DNA of 64,000 bases, taken from NCBI GenBank assembly GCA_040758355.1, contig JBFLWF010000013.1, positions 10,688-74,687 on the forward strand, in the 5' to 3' direction. This stretch comes from Nitrospirota bacterium (lineage in GTDB: Bacteria; Nitrospirota; Thermodesulfovibrionia; Thermodesulfovibrionales; Dissulfurispiraceae). Made by a program: the position numbers and the translations under genes. Shown here piece by piece: positions 32,117 to 41,885 of this stretch; the stretch's first letter is position 1, and each line of letters opens with the position of its first letter. The notes beneath the pieces were generated by a model. It made no database searches, had not been told where the DNA came from, and worked only from the letters and a program-made list of their open reading frames with translations.

Positions 32117-32193
32117 GCGCCCATAGCTCAGCTGGATAGAGCGTCGGACTACGAATCCGCAGGTCGGGGGTTCGAATCCTCCTGGGCGCGCCA
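32117..32193 (+). tRNA. tRNA-Arg (ACG)
   Basis: GCGCCCA acceptor, D-arm AGCTCAGCTGGATAGAGC, anticodon loop CT-ACG-AA, GTTCGAATC, encoded CCA. Confidence 0.96.
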
Positions 32194-32274
32194 CCTGTTA
32201 TTTTCTTGACAGGAAATTCGCCAAATTGTTAAATTATCTGCAAAAATCCCAATATAGAGAGGGGTGATTTATAA

Positions 32275-32481
32275 GTGCCCTCAGTAAAAGTAAGAGATAC
32301 AGAATCTTTTGAGTCTGCCCTCAAGCACTTCAAGAAACAGTGCGAGAGAGAAGGCATACTCTCGGAGATCAAAAAGAGAGAGCATTACGACAAGCCGAGC
32401 GTCAAGAAAAAGAAGAAAATCATAGCTGCCCGCAAAAAGGCTGCTAAGAGAAGAACATTCTCAGCAAGGCCGGCGAGGTAA
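32275..32481 (+). CDS. rpsU: 30S ribosomal protein S21
   Basis: [27 protein letters not shown] start. Confidence 0.96.
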   Translation: MPSVKVRDTESFESALKHFKKQCEREGILSEIKKREHYDKPSVKKKKKIIAARKKAAKRRTFSARPAR

Positions 32482-32483
32482 AA

Positions 32484-32954
32484 ATGTCCGTCCCTGTCAG
32501 CACTATCGCCAAGACCATCGAGAGGCTCGATGCAGAACTCAAGGAGGCCTTGAAGTCAAGGGATGAACTGAAAGTATCGGTCATCCGCATGATCAAGGCC
32601 TCTTTAAAAAATAAATCCATAGAAAAAATGGGAACCCTGACAGACGATGATATTCTTTCTGTCCTGTCATCCATGGCAAAGCAGAGAAGAGAATCCATAG
32701 AGCAGTTTGCATCAGCAGGCAGAACAGACCTTGCCGAAAAGGAGAAAAAAGAGCTGGAGATTGTCCAATCATACCTCCCCAAACAGCTCTCGTTACAGGA
32801 AATAGACGAAATCATACGCTCGGCTATAAAGGAATGCAATGCATCATCCCCGGGCGATATGGGAAAGGTCATGAAGATCGTCATACCTAAAACAAAAGGG
32901 GCGGCTGACGGAAGGGTCGTCAGCGAGAGGGTCAAGGAACTTTTGAGTAAATGA
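32484..32954 (+). CDS. GatB/YqeY domain protein
   Basis: KQRRESIEQF...YLPKQLS...DMGKVMK; follows rpsU. Confidence 0.92.
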   Translation: MSVPVSTIAKTIERLDAELKEALKSRDELKVSVIRMIKASLKNKSIEKMGTLTDDDILSVLSSMAKQRRESIEQFASAGRTDLAEKEKKELEIVQSYLPKQLSLQEIDEIIRSAIKECNASSPGDMGKVMKIVIPKTKGAADGRVVSERVKELLSK

Positions 32955-33038
32955 GTGAATGAGCAAATGGGTTAATGGGTAAATTTTCAGTTGTCAACTT
33001 ATTCACCCATCTACTCATTTACTCATCCACGCATCTAC
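32944..33038. repeat. Inverted pair of octamer tandem arrays
   Basis: (TGRGTAAA-like)x5, spacer, then complementary (ATYYACTC-like)x5. Confidence 0.8.
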
Positions 33039-33057
33039 AAAACAATGAGGTAAATTC

Positions 33058-34014
33058 ATGAAACTGTCCGAATTTTATAAAAAGGCGATATCCACAGGCA
33101 TCGACAACGACCCGAGAGGGAAAGACCTTGTACTAAAGGAATTGGAGCGCAAGAAAAAGGATTACGAAAACCTCAAGCCTAAGGAAAAAGAGACCTTCGA
33201 TATGGAGGGTCTTGAAAATCCCTACTCTGATTCGAGGATACTTCACGGCACCGGCGATGAAGACATTAAAACCATTCTTGTCGGCATAGACATAGAGGTG
33301 GGCGAGGTGCTCCTCTCAGAGACATTGAAAAACAGAAACATTCCGGTGGACCTCATAGTTTCCCACCATCCGGAAGGCAGGGCATATGCAAACCTCTATG
33401 CTGTAATGTACATGCAGTCGGATATACTGAACAGGTTCGGCGTTCCCATAAATATCGCAGAAGGCCTTATGGAGGGAAGGATAAAAGAGGTGGAGCGCAA
33501 ACTGATGCCGGTAAACCATACGCGGGCTGTTGATGCAGCAAAGCTCCTGAACATACCGTTTGTCTGTCTGCACACACCTGCGGATAATATGGTGGCCTCA
33601 TATTTACAGAAGACGTTTGACGACAAAAAGCCCTACACGGTTGATGATGTAATCGACCTTTTGCGGGAAATGCCCGAATACAAAGAGGGAGAAAAGAACA
33701 ATGCAGGGCCGAAGATACTGTTGGGGTCAAAGAACAGAAAGGCAGGGAAGATATTTGTGGATATGACAGGAGGCACGGAGGGCTCAAAGGAGATATTCCA
33801 GAGCCTTTCTCTAAGCGGGATAAATACCATCGTTGCCATGCACCTCAGCGAAGATCACAGAAAAGAGGCAGAAAAGAACCATGTCAACGTAGTGATAGCC
33901 GGGCACATAGCCAGCGACAATCTGGGATTAAACCTCCTCCTTGACCGCGCCATTGAAAATAACGGGTTGCGAGTTCTTGAATGTTCCGGCTTTAGGAGAA
34001 TAAGCCGGAATTAA
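33058..34014 (+). CDS. NIF3-like protein
   Basis: SHHPEG, HTPADN and AGHIASDN metal-binding motifs. Confidence 0.8.
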   Translation: MKLSEFYKKAISTGIDNDPRGKDLVLKELERKKKDYENLKPKEKETFDMEGLENPYSDSRILHGTGDEDIKTILVGIDIEVGEVLLSETLKNRNIPVDLIVSHHPEGRAYANLYAVMYMQSDILNRFGVPINIAEGLMEGRIKEVERKLMPVNHTRAVDAAKLLNIPFVCLHTPADNMVASYLQKTFDDKKPYTVDDVIDLLREMPEYKEGEKNNAGPKILLGSKNRKAGKIFVDMTGGTEGSKEIFQSLSLSGINTIVAMHLSEDHRKEAEKNHVNVVIAGHIASDNLGLNLLLDRAIENNGLRVLECSGFRRISRN

Positions 34015-34082
34015 GTAAATGAGTCATTAAGTAAATAAGTAAATAAAAATGACTCAATAACTCAATAACTCAATTACTTAAC
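34011..34082. repeat. Second inverted pair of octamer tandem arrays
   Basis: taagtaaa tgagtcat taagtaaa taagtaaa ... tgactcaa taactcaa taactcaa ttacttaa. Confidence 0.75.
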
Positions 34083-34088
34083 ATATAT

Positions 34089-35813
34089 ATGAACTCAACT
34101 GTCGAAGATATAAAAGCAAGAATCGATATAATCGACCTGATAGCCGAGCATGTGGAACTCAAGCGGGCAGGCCAGAATTATAAAGGTCTGTGTCCGTTCC
34201 ATTCGGAAAAAACCCCTTCTTTCATGGTAAACCCTTCGAAACAGATATTTCACTGTTTCGGCTGCCATAAGGGAGGAGATATCTTCGCCTTTGTGATGAA
34301 TTACGAAAATATGACATTCCATGAGGCATTGTCCTATCTCGCACAAAAGGCAGGGATAAAATTAGAAAATAGAAGTCAGAAGTCAGAAGTCAGAAGCGGA
34401 TTTAAGGAAAATTTATTTGCAATTCATAAAGAGGCGCTTATTTTTTTCCAGAATAATTTCAAAATTTCTAAACAGGCCATCTCATATCTGAAAGAACGTG
34501 GACTGAACAGCGATGTAATAGAAGCGTTTTCTATAGGCTACAGCAGGAACGAAAAAGATGCGCTTTTCAATCACCTGAAGGCAAAAGGATTTGCGATAGA
34601 ACACATAAAGGCATCCGGCCTCGTGAACTTTGGCGAACACGGCATCTATGACTTTTTCAGGGACAGGCTGATGTTCCCCATATTCGACCTCCAGGGAAGG
34701 ACAATCGCCTTTGGAGGCAGAATACTGTCCAGCTCGAAAAATGCACCGAAATATATAAATTCTCCTGACAGCATTATATTCAAAAAAGGTGAATCAAGCT
34801 ACGGGCTTAACATCGCTAAAAATTCCATAACCCAGAAGGGATATTCGATTATTGTGGAGGGCTATCTCGATGTAATCTCATGCCACCAGTACGGTTTTAC
34901 CAATGCAATTGCCCCTCTCGGAACTGCATTGACCCCGGGGCAACTGAAAAGGCTCAAAAGATTTTCCAATAAAGTACTGCTCGTTTTTGACGGCGATTCC
35001 GCCGGAATATCCGCAACAAAGAGATCCATTGAACTCTGCTATGCCGAAGGCATGATTGTAAAGATCCTGCTCCTTCCTCAGGGCGAAGATCCGGATACCT
35101 TTCTAAGAAAACACGGCGAGGAGAATTTCAGGAAATATATGGGCAGGGCCATCTCGCCTGTGGAGTTTTTGCTAAAGGTTTCGGGCAGAAGCAAACTCGA
35201 CGCCGTGCGATATATGCTGCAGATCATAGCCTCCTGCCCTGACTCCCTCCAGAGGGATGAGACCATCCGTGAACTTTCGGACAGATCAAAAATAAACGAG
35301 CTGACATTGAGGGAAGAGTTGAAGGCCGCAGGTCAGAAAAGACAGAAGTCAGAAGTCAGAAGTCAGAAGTCAGACATTTTAAACCCATGCATAAATAGAG
35401 AAGAGCAGATGCTCTTAACCATCGCCCTTTCATTCCCTGACAGAGCGGCACTCATAGCAAATAACATCGATCCAATGATTATAGAAGACCCTGGCATCAG
35501 GGGGATCTTTGAAAAAATAAAAAAAGGACTTTCCATGGGAAAATTGTTGTCGGTGTGCGATGAGGAGGAACAAAGACTGATAACGATGCTCTCCATAAAT
35601 ACAGAAATCGATGAAGAGTATGTTGAGGCCAATGTTGAAGAAATTATAGAGGGCTGCCTGAAGGCAATAGCCCTGAGAAAGCTCGAAAGGCAGATTAAAT
35701 CGGCAGGCGAAGCCGGAGATGTAAAACTCCTGAACTCCCTGCTCTTTGAAAAGAAAAGCCTGTCGCAAAAATCAAGATTATTGCTAAAAGGGGGCAACCT
35801 TGCCAAGAATTGA
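34089..35813 (+). CDS. dnaG: DNA primase
   Basis: [11 protein letters not shown]...CFGC zinc finger, KYINSP, TOPRIM VEGYLD and FDGD. Confidence 0.97.
   Translation: MNSTVEDIKARIDIIDLIAEHVELKRAGQNYKGLCPFHSEKTPSFMVNPSKQIFHCFGCHKGGDIFAFVMNYENMTFHEALSYLAQKAGIKLENRSQKSEVRSGFKENLFAIHKEALIFFQNNFKISKQAISYLKERGLNSDVIEAFSIGYSRNEKDALFNHLKAKGFAIEHIKASGLVNFGEHGIYDFFRDRLMFPIFDLQGRTIAFGGRILSSSKNAPKYINSPDSIIFKKGESSYGLNIAKNSITQKGYSIIVEGYLDVISCHQYGFTNAIAPLGTALTPGQLKRLKRFSNKVLLVFDGDSAGISATKRSIELCYAEGMIVKILLLPQGEDPDTFLRKHGEENFRKYMGRAISPVEFLLKVSGRSKLDAVRYMLQIIASCPDSLQRDETIRELSDRSKINELTLREELKAAGQKRQKSEVRSQKSDILNPCINREEQMLLTIALSFPDRAALIANNIDPMIIEDPGIRGIFEKIKKGLSMGKLLSVCDEEEQRLITMLSINTEIDEEYVEANVEEIIEGCLKAIALRKLERQIKSAGEAGDVKLLNSLLFEKKSLSQKSRLLLKGGNLAKN
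34364..34398. repeat. Heptamer repeat (AGAAGTC) in frame in dnaG linker 1
   Basis: agaaaat agaagtc agaagtc agaagtc agaagcg; encodes [10 protein letters not shown]. Confidence 0.85.
35328..35375. repeat. Heptamer repeat (AGAAGTC)x4 in frame in dnaG linker 2
   Basis: Encodes [15 protein letters not shown]. Confidence 0.85.
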
Positions 35814-37344
35814 TGATAATCCGTTTAATGTCTACGAAAATAGTTTTGACGACCACGATGCAGAAGCAGGTCATAAAAATCTTTCTGAAGAGAAGTTCTT
35901 GGAAGAAGATACAGAACCCGTTTATTCAGAAGAGGCCATAAAGGGCGCCATAGAGCAGGAATACGACCCTCTAAGGGCTTACTTAAAAGGGATAAGCTCC
36001 ATACCACTCCTTACCAAGGACGGAGAGATAGAGATTGCACAAAAAATAGAAGAGGGCAAATTGAAGACATGCGGTGCAATATTCACAATCCCTTTTGTCT
36101 TAAACAAGCTGGTAATGCTGGGCAGGCTCGTGGAAAAAGGCGAGGCCCCTCTTGTGGAGCTCATTCAGGATGGAGAGGATCTGTCCGAAGATGATATTCT
36201 GGAAGAGAAGGAAAAATTCTCGAAGATTACCGAGTCCATAAACTCCCTTTTTACAAAAAGGAAAAAGCTCTTGAAGGAAGGCGGTTTCTGCGTGGAGAGC
36301 AAGGCTTCACCTGCAAAATGGGATACACCCATCTGTAAGCTGCTGCATGAAAACAAAAACCAGATACTCCAGAGGGTTAAGGAGCTGGATCTTAAGGACG
36401 ATGTTATAAACGCATTTTCTGAAGAGTTGAAGAAGATGAACAGACAGACCCAGTCCATGCATGAAAGCCTCCGCAGGGCAAAAAAGACAAAAAACAATTC
36501 ATCAAAAATCAGGAACATAACAACGGAGATAAAGTCCGTGGAGTCCACAATCGGACTGAGGGCATCGGAAATAAAAAAGATTGTACATGAACTCGAAAAG
36601 GCAGAGATCGAGGTAAACAATGCAAAGGGGCAACTGGTCGAATCAAATCTCAGATTGGTCATAAGCATTGCCAAGAGGTACATTGGAAAAGGGCTGAGTC
36701 TTGGGGACCTGATCCAGGAGGGAAACATAGGCCTTATGCGCGCTGTGGACAAATTCGAATACAGGCGTGGATATAAGTTCAGCACCTATGCCACATGGTG
36801 GATAAGGCAGGCGATAAGCAGGGCCATAGCAGACCAGTCAAGGACAATAAGGATACCTGTCCATATGATAGAAAACATAAACAAGATAAACAGAGTTACA
36901 AAGGAGCTGGTACAGGAACTGGGAGTCGAGCCCAGCCCAGAAGAGATAGCAAACCGGTCGAAGATACCCCTCGACAAGGTCAAGAACATATTGAAAATAT
37001 CAAAGGAGCCGATATCCATCGAAACCCCTATCGGCGAGGAATCGGACACCATGCTCAAGGATTTCATAGAGGACAAGGGGAACCTATCTCCGCTGGATGC
37101 AGTTATCCACGAGGACTTAAAGGCCCATATCGACAAGGTTCTGTGCACCCTGTCACCAAAGGAAGAGATGGTTATAAGAAAGAGATTCGGAATAGGAGAG
37201 GACAGCCCCCATACCCTCGAAGAAGTGGGACAGGAGTTCGATGTCACGAGAGAACGCATAAGGCAGATAGAGGTAAAGGCTATCAGAAAACTGAAACATC
37301 CTGCCAGAAGCAAGTGGCTCAGGGATTTTCTCGGCAAGTCTTGA
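35800..37344 (+). CDS. rpoD: Group 1-type RNA polymerase sigma factor
   Basis: [45 protein letters not shown]; follows dnaG. Confidence 0.93.
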   Translation: MPRIDDNPFNVYENSFDDHDAEAGHKNLSEEKFLEEDTEPVYSEEAIKGAIEQEYDPLRAYLKGISSIPLLTKDGEIEIAQKIEEGKLKTCGAIFTIPFVLNKLVMLGRLVEKGEAPLVELIQDGEDLSEDDILEEKEKFSKITESINSLFTKRKKLLKEGGFCVESKASPAKWDTPICKLLHENKNQILQRVKELDLKDDVINAFSEELKKMNRQTQSMHESLRRAKKTKNNSSKIRNITTEIKSVESTIGLRASEIKKIVHELEKAEIEVNNAKGQLVESNLRLVISIAKRYIGKGLSLGDLIQEGNIGLMRAVDKFEYRRGYKFSTYATWWIRQAISRAIADQSRTIRIPVHMIENINKINRVTKELVQELGVEPSPEEIANRSKIPLDKVKNILKISKEPISIETPIGEESDTMLKDFIEDKGNLSPLDAVIHEDLKAHIDKVLCTLSPKEEMVIRKRFGIGEDSPHTLEEVGQEFDVTRERIRQIEVKAIRKLKHPARSKWLRDFLGKS

Positions 37345-37402
37345 CTTAAAAGCAAATCAAAAGTTAAAGTAACTATCTCTGATTCAGGCTCTGATTCAGG
37401 CA

Positions 37403-37476
37403 GGGCCCTTAGCTCAGTTGGTTAGAGCTACCGGCTCATAACCGGTTGGTCCCAGGTTCGAGTCCTGGAGGGCCCA
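37403..37476 (+). tRNA. tRNA with CAT anticodon, most likely tRNA-Ile2 (lysidine)
   Basis: GGGCCCT/AGGGCCC acceptor with discriminator A, anticodon loop CT-CAT-AA, no C1:A72 mismatch, located after rpoD; CCA not encoded. Confidence 0.88.
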
Positions 37477-37497
37477 TTCTTAAACTTGAGGAGAATT

Positions 37498-38247
37498 GTG
37501 AACGAACAACTTAGACTTTTAATAGACCTGCAAAAACTCGATTCCATTATGCTCTCCACCCGCCTCACAATGGATGCAATACCAGCCAGAATCTCGTCTC
37601 ATGAGGGATCTTTGAAAAACGCCGAGGCAGCATACGAAACCGCAAAGCAGCAGCTTGCCTCCCTCGAGAAAAAAAAGAAGGATAAGGAACGGGACATCGA
37701 AGACGTCAAAGAAAAAACACAGAAACTGAAACAGAGGACTTCGGAGATTAAGACCAATAAAGAATATCAGGCGCAGTTGAAAGAAATAGAAAAGACTGAA
37801 AAAGGACTGAAGTCCGCAGAAGACGAGATGCTGTCCATTATGGACTCCCTCGAAGGAGCTTCAAAGGTTATAGAGATAGAAAAGGGCCGCGTAACCGAAG
37901 AAAAGGCAAAAATTGAATCGATGAAAAAAGAACTCGAAAAAGAGGTCCTCAGATGCGGGGAAGAGTTAAAGCGGTTAAAAGAGGACAGGAAAAAGTTAAT
38001 CGACAAAATAGACGCCGGCATCTACAACGAATATATGACCATTATGAAAGCACGCCGCGGCCTTGCTGTAGTTGAGGCAAAGGACGAAGCATGTCAGGGG
38101 TGTAACATGCATATCCCTCCTCAGATGTTTGTAGAGATAAAGACAAGCGATGAGATCATTCACTGCCCCCAGTGCAGAAGGATGCTATATTATCTGAAAC
38201 CGGAACAGCATCAAGAAGTCAGCAGCCAGAAGACAGCCATCAGATAG
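37498..38247 (+). CDS. Coiled-coil protein with C4-type zinc ribbon (DUF164-like)
   Basis: Long coiled coil, KTNKEY, CQGC...CPQC; GTG start after GAGGAG. Confidence 0.88.
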   Translation: MNEQLRLLIDLQKLDSIMLSTRLTMDAIPARISSHEGSLKNAEAAYETAKQQLASLEKKKKDKERDIEDVKEKTQKLKQRTSEIKTNKEYQAQLKEIEKTEKGLKSAEDEMLSIMDSLEGASKVIEIEKGRVTEEKAKIESMKKELEKEVLRCGEELKRLKEDRKKLIDKIDAGIYNEYMTIMKARRGLAVVEAKDEACQGCNMHIPPQMFVEIKTSDEIIHCPQCRRMLYYLKPEQHQEVSSQKTAIR

Positions 38248-38299
38248 CCCTTTACAATTTATTTACATATAAATAAATTTTATGGTATAGTAGGTTGCT

Positions 38300-39226
38300 A
38301 TGGGAATGGAAGACCACAAATTAAAAGTCTTTTGCACAGTCGCAGAAACAAAGAGCTTCTCAAAGACCTCCGAGATTATCCATCTGACACAGCCTGCCGT
38401 AAGCCTGCAGATTCAGGCCCTTGAAGAGATATACGAAACAAAGCTGTTCGACAGGTCGAGCAGCTTTATTAACCTGACTCCTGCCGGAGAGATCCTTTAT
38501 AAATACGCAAAGGATATCCTCAACCTCTATGCCGAGGCAGAAAAGGAGATAGGGAAGATAACAGGGCTGATAAAGGGCAGCATAACAATAGGCGCAAGCA
38601 CTACCATAGGCAACTACGTACTGCCGACTGTGATAGCAGATTTTAAAAAGACCCATCCGAAAATCAAGATAAATGTCTTTATAGGGAATACAAAAAGGAT
38701 TGTGGATCTTTTAAACTCAGGCGGCGTTGACATCGGACTCGTGGAGGGAGAGACCTCAAAACACAAGATGAAGACAGAGCCAATAATCACAGACGAGCTT
38801 ACATTTATCGTACCTCCATTCCATCCATGGGCAAAGAAAAAAGTGGTCTCCATTTTAGAGGTCACAAAAGAGCCATTCATCTTAAGGGAGGAAGGCTCCG
38901 GCACGAGGCAGATGATAGAGAAATACCTCTTATCGCATGGAATAAACACAGGCGATATGCGCATAGCACTGGTACTGGGCAGCACAGAGTCCATAAAAGA
39001 GGCTGTTGAAAGCGGCATGGGCATATCCATTGTCTCGAAATGGGCAGCCCGAAAAGAGGTCAAGTACGGAAGCCTCAAGCTTATCACACCGAAGGAAGAA
39101 AAGATAATCAGGAACTTCTCCCTCATCATGCAGAAGAGTGCGGTTTTATCCCATGCAGTGGACGAGTTCCTCGCCTATCTGAAGTCATATCCATACGACA
39201 GTCTGTTGTCAGAAGGCAAAGTGTAA
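38300..39226 (+). CDS. LysR family regulator (CysL/selenium-associated type)
   Basis: HTH LTQPAVSLQI, GASTTIG, REEGSGTR; selD lies 1.6 kb away. Confidence 0.88.
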   Translation: MGMEDHKLKVFCTVAETKSFSKTSEIIHLTQPAVSLQIQALEEIYETKLFDRSSSFINLTPAGEILYKYAKDILNLYAEAEKEIGKITGLIKGSITIGASTTIGNYVLPTVIADFKKTHPKIKINVFIGNTKRIVDLLNSGGVDIGLVEGETSKHKMKTEPIITDELTFIVPPFHPWAKKKVVSILEVTKEPFILREEGSGTRQMIEKYLLSHGINTGDMRIALVLGSTESIKEAVESGMGISIVSKWAARKEVKYGSLKLITPKEEKIIRNFSLIMQKSAVLSHAVDEFLAYLKSYPYDSLLSEGKV

Positions 39227-40794
39227 TAGAAAATCCTGTTGGATTCTTCCATAGACTTCAATATAGACTCTTCCATATTCCCGTTTTCAATCATATCAAA
39301 AAGCATATTGAACCTCTCTATGTGCCCCCTTACCCTGTGCTCTGCATACTCCTGCGCCCTGCCCTTCTGCATTAAAAAAGGCCAGTCGCTTGCATGTGCA
39401 AGGAGCATTTCCCTCATTGCCTGATTAACAGTCCTCTGAATCGGTGAATCGGTGAATCGGTGAATGGGTGAATCGGTGATTCTCTGTTTCAATAATGCCA
39501 TCCTCTCTGCCATTTTATGCAGGTGTCTGTAGAGCCGGTGATTCCTTCCTCCTATCCACATGGAGTTGTATCCTCCCTCTCCCCAGCTTGAGGATGAAAT
39601 GTGTATGGACTGCACGGTTTCGGAATTAACACATTCATTAAAATATCTTTCTGGAGTAACAATATCAAAGGACCTCTTGCCTTCAGATATGCTCCTGAGC
39701 ACAATATTCAACCACTCAATCCCCTCAAACCACCAGTGTCCAAAGAGCTCTGCATCAAATGTCGAGAATATTACAGGACAGAAATCGAATTCCGAAAGGC
39801 GTCTGATGTCCGATTCCCTGCTTTCAACAAAGTGCTTTGCATGCTCCGACACTCTCTCTATGGCCTTCACCCTGTTGTAGGGCATCTTGTATTCCGTATT
39901 GCCGGTAATACTGTGATATTTTATCCCTGTAAATGTCCTTATACCCAGATGCGTAAATTGCTCTATATAACTCACGGGCAGATCAAAGCCGATGTCACGG
40001 TAAAAATCCCTGTAAGAAAAATCTCCTGGATACCCTTTCGATGCACACCATACCTGCTGTGCGGATTTAAAATCCCTGCTAAAGACCATAAGGCCTGCAG
40101 GGGACAGAACAGGCTTGTAAATGCTGTATACCGGCCTCGGCCTTCCGTGAATGACGCCATGGGACTCGACAAAAAAGTATCGTATGCCTGCATCCTTCAA
40201 AAACGAGTCAAGGCCTTTGAAATATCCGCACTCGGGAAGCCAGAAACCCGAAGGCTGCCTGCCAAAGTTGTGGACATAACTTTTAATTCCAATCTCTATC
40301 TGGGCTTTAACTGCATCTGGATAATGTTCAAACGCAGGCAAAAATGCATGGGTAGCGGCAGATGCAACAATCTCGACATGTCCTTCGTCCTGAAGTCTCC
40401 TGAATGCAGAAACAATATCCTGCTTATACCTTTCACAATACAATCGTCTTATTCGTTTAAACTCATTGTTATAAAGAAATGCTATTGGCTCAAAGGCCGA
40501 TTTCTTCGTCCTCCTCTTCTCTGCTTCTGAAAGCTCTATGAGATTGTCCATATATCTGACAAACCTCTTCCTGAGCAGTTCATCATTCAGCATCTCTATG
40601 AGGGGCGGACTTATGGATAATGTAAGGTGAGGGCTTATTCCATCATTGACCATTCCTTCGAGGACATCGAGCAACGGAATATATGTTTCCCTTAATGCCT
40701 CAAAAAGCCAGTTTTCTTCAAGGGAATATTCGTATTCCGGATGCCTTACATATGGAAGGTGGGCATGGAGGAGAAGTATGAGATGACCATTCAC
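39175..40794 (-). CDS. GH57 family glucan branching enzyme (DUF1957 C-terminus)
   Basis: HAHLPYVRH, ATHAFLP, GFWLPECGY, DAELFGHWWFEG and ASDWPF motifs. Confidence 0.9.
   Translation of the reverse strand: MNGHLILLLHAHLPYVRHPEYEYSLEENWLFEALRETYIPLLDVLEGMVNDGISPHLTLSISPPLIEMLNDELLRKRFVRYMDNLIELSEAEKRRTKKSAFEPIAFLYNNEFKRIRRLYCERYKQDIVSAFRRLQDEGHVEIVASAATHAFLPAFEHYPDAVKAQIEIGIKSYVHNFGRQPSGFWLPECGYFKGLDSFLKDAGIRYFFVESHGVIHGRPRPVYSIYKPVLSPAGLMVFSRDFKSAQQVWCASKGYPGDFSYRDFYRDIGFDLPVSYIEQFTHLGIRTFTGIKYHSITGNTEYKMPYNRVKAIERVSEHAKHFVESRESDIRRLSEFDFCPVIFSTFDAELFGHWWFEGIEWLNIVLRSISEGKRSFDIVTPERYFNECVNSETVQSIHISSSSWGEGGYNSMWIGGRNHRLYRHLHKMAERMALLKQRITDSPIHRFTDSPIQRTVNQAMREMLLAHASDWPFLMQKGRAQEYAEHRVRGHIERFNMLFDMIENGNMEESILKSMEESNRIFYYTLPSDNRLSYGYDFR
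39437..39480. repeat. Octamer tandem repeat (TGAATCGG)x5 in frame in the GH57 gene
   Basis: Encodes ITDSPIHRFTDSPIQ. Confidence 0.85.
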
Positions 40795-41801
40795 TTTACT
40801 ATAATTCTGCCGGAGCCTTTTATAACCCTGCCGATAACAGAGAAGAATATGCCTGATTCCTCAAAGACCTTAATGTTTTCTTCCTTCAGGGTTATCAAGA
40901 GACCTCCGGATGTCTGGGGGTCTGAAAGCAAAAGCCTGTCTTCCTCGGCAATATTAGAAGAAAATTCAACCTTTCCATCGAGAAACCTGAGATTGTTGTA
41001 TGCGCCCTCCGGAACCATGCCTGCATTAATCATTTCACGCACATGTTCTAATACAGGGACGCTGTCAATTTCAATCTCGAAATTAATGCCTGCATCCTTG
41101 ACCATATTATGGGCATGCCCCAACAGGCCGAATCCTGTTATATCGGTGCATGCAGTAGCATCTGCCTTTAGAGCCAGTTCCGATGCCATATCATTCAATG
41201 TGAGCATCCAGCCGATTGCAGTTTTCATATCGTCATCCGTTAATTTCCCGCCCTTAAGCGATGTGGTAAGGATGCCTATGCCTATGGGCTTTGTAATAAC
41301 AATTACATCCCCATCCTTTGCACCGGAGACTTTAAGAATTTTGTCTTTATTCACAATGCCTGTTACAGATAAACCGAATTTAAGCTCTGCATCTTCAAAA
41401 CTGTGGCCACCGATAAGGACTGCCCCTGCCCTCTTCAGAGAATGCACAGCACCCCTTAAAATCTCCTTAAAGACAACAGGCTCATAATCGCACGAAGAAA
41501 ATCCTGCAATGGCAAGGGCAGAAACAGGCCTGCCTCCCATGGCATAAACATCGCTCAATGAATTGTTGGCGCTTATTGCTCCGAAAGTGAAAGGGTCGTT
41601 CACCACGGGAGTTATAACATCCACTGTCTCGACTATTGCAGTGCCGTCAATCAGATAGATTCCTGCATCGTCACCTGGTCCTACAAGGACGGATGCACTT
41701 TCGCAGGGTTGAATATCGCCTATTATTTCTTCCAGGTCCGACGGACCCATCTTTGCTGCTCAGCCAGCAGCCCTCACCTTTTCTGTAAGTTTGTAGTTCA
41801 T
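40791..41801 (-). CDS. selD: Selenide, water dikinase containing selenocysteine (UGA at codon 14)
   Basis: ATG at 41801 reads MNYKLTEKVRAAG-U(TGA, 41760-41762)-AAKMGP; GDDAG and DITGFGLLGH motifs. The ORF track starts 17 codons late. Confidence 0.95.
41734..41748 (-). promoter_or_regulatory. Putative bacterial SECIS hairpin
   Basis: GGGUCC-GUC-GGACCU stem-loop starting about 11 nt 3' of the UGA. Confidence 0.6.
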
Positions 41802-41885
41802 GTGCTATTATACTTTTTACTTTACCATCCATGCAATCTGTATTATTATTGAATTATAAATGAAAATCATAGGGAGAATCTTTTC

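Noticed and set aside
27173..32193. Genomic island integrated at tRNA-Arg
   Set aside because: No integrase, and I saw no duplicated tRNA 3' end; the kinases lie on the 5' side of the tRNA.
37377..37401. Tandem CTCTGATTCAGG repeat before the tRNA as an att site
   Set aside because: Only a local 12-nt duplication; no partner site or integrase seen.
37403..37476. Initiator tRNA-fMet
   Set aside because: G1-C72 is paired and the anticodon stem lacks three consecutive G-C pairs; Ile2 fits better, though elongator Met is not fully excluded.
32944..39480. Short tandem arrays as CRISPR repeats
   Set aside because: Units are 7-8 nt with no unique spacers, and there are no cas genes.
39601..40530. 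309-aa plus-strand ORF and other long antisense ORFs (e.g. 48576-49373, 36165-37355)
   Set aside because: Shadow frames of well-supported genes with no motifs or start signals.
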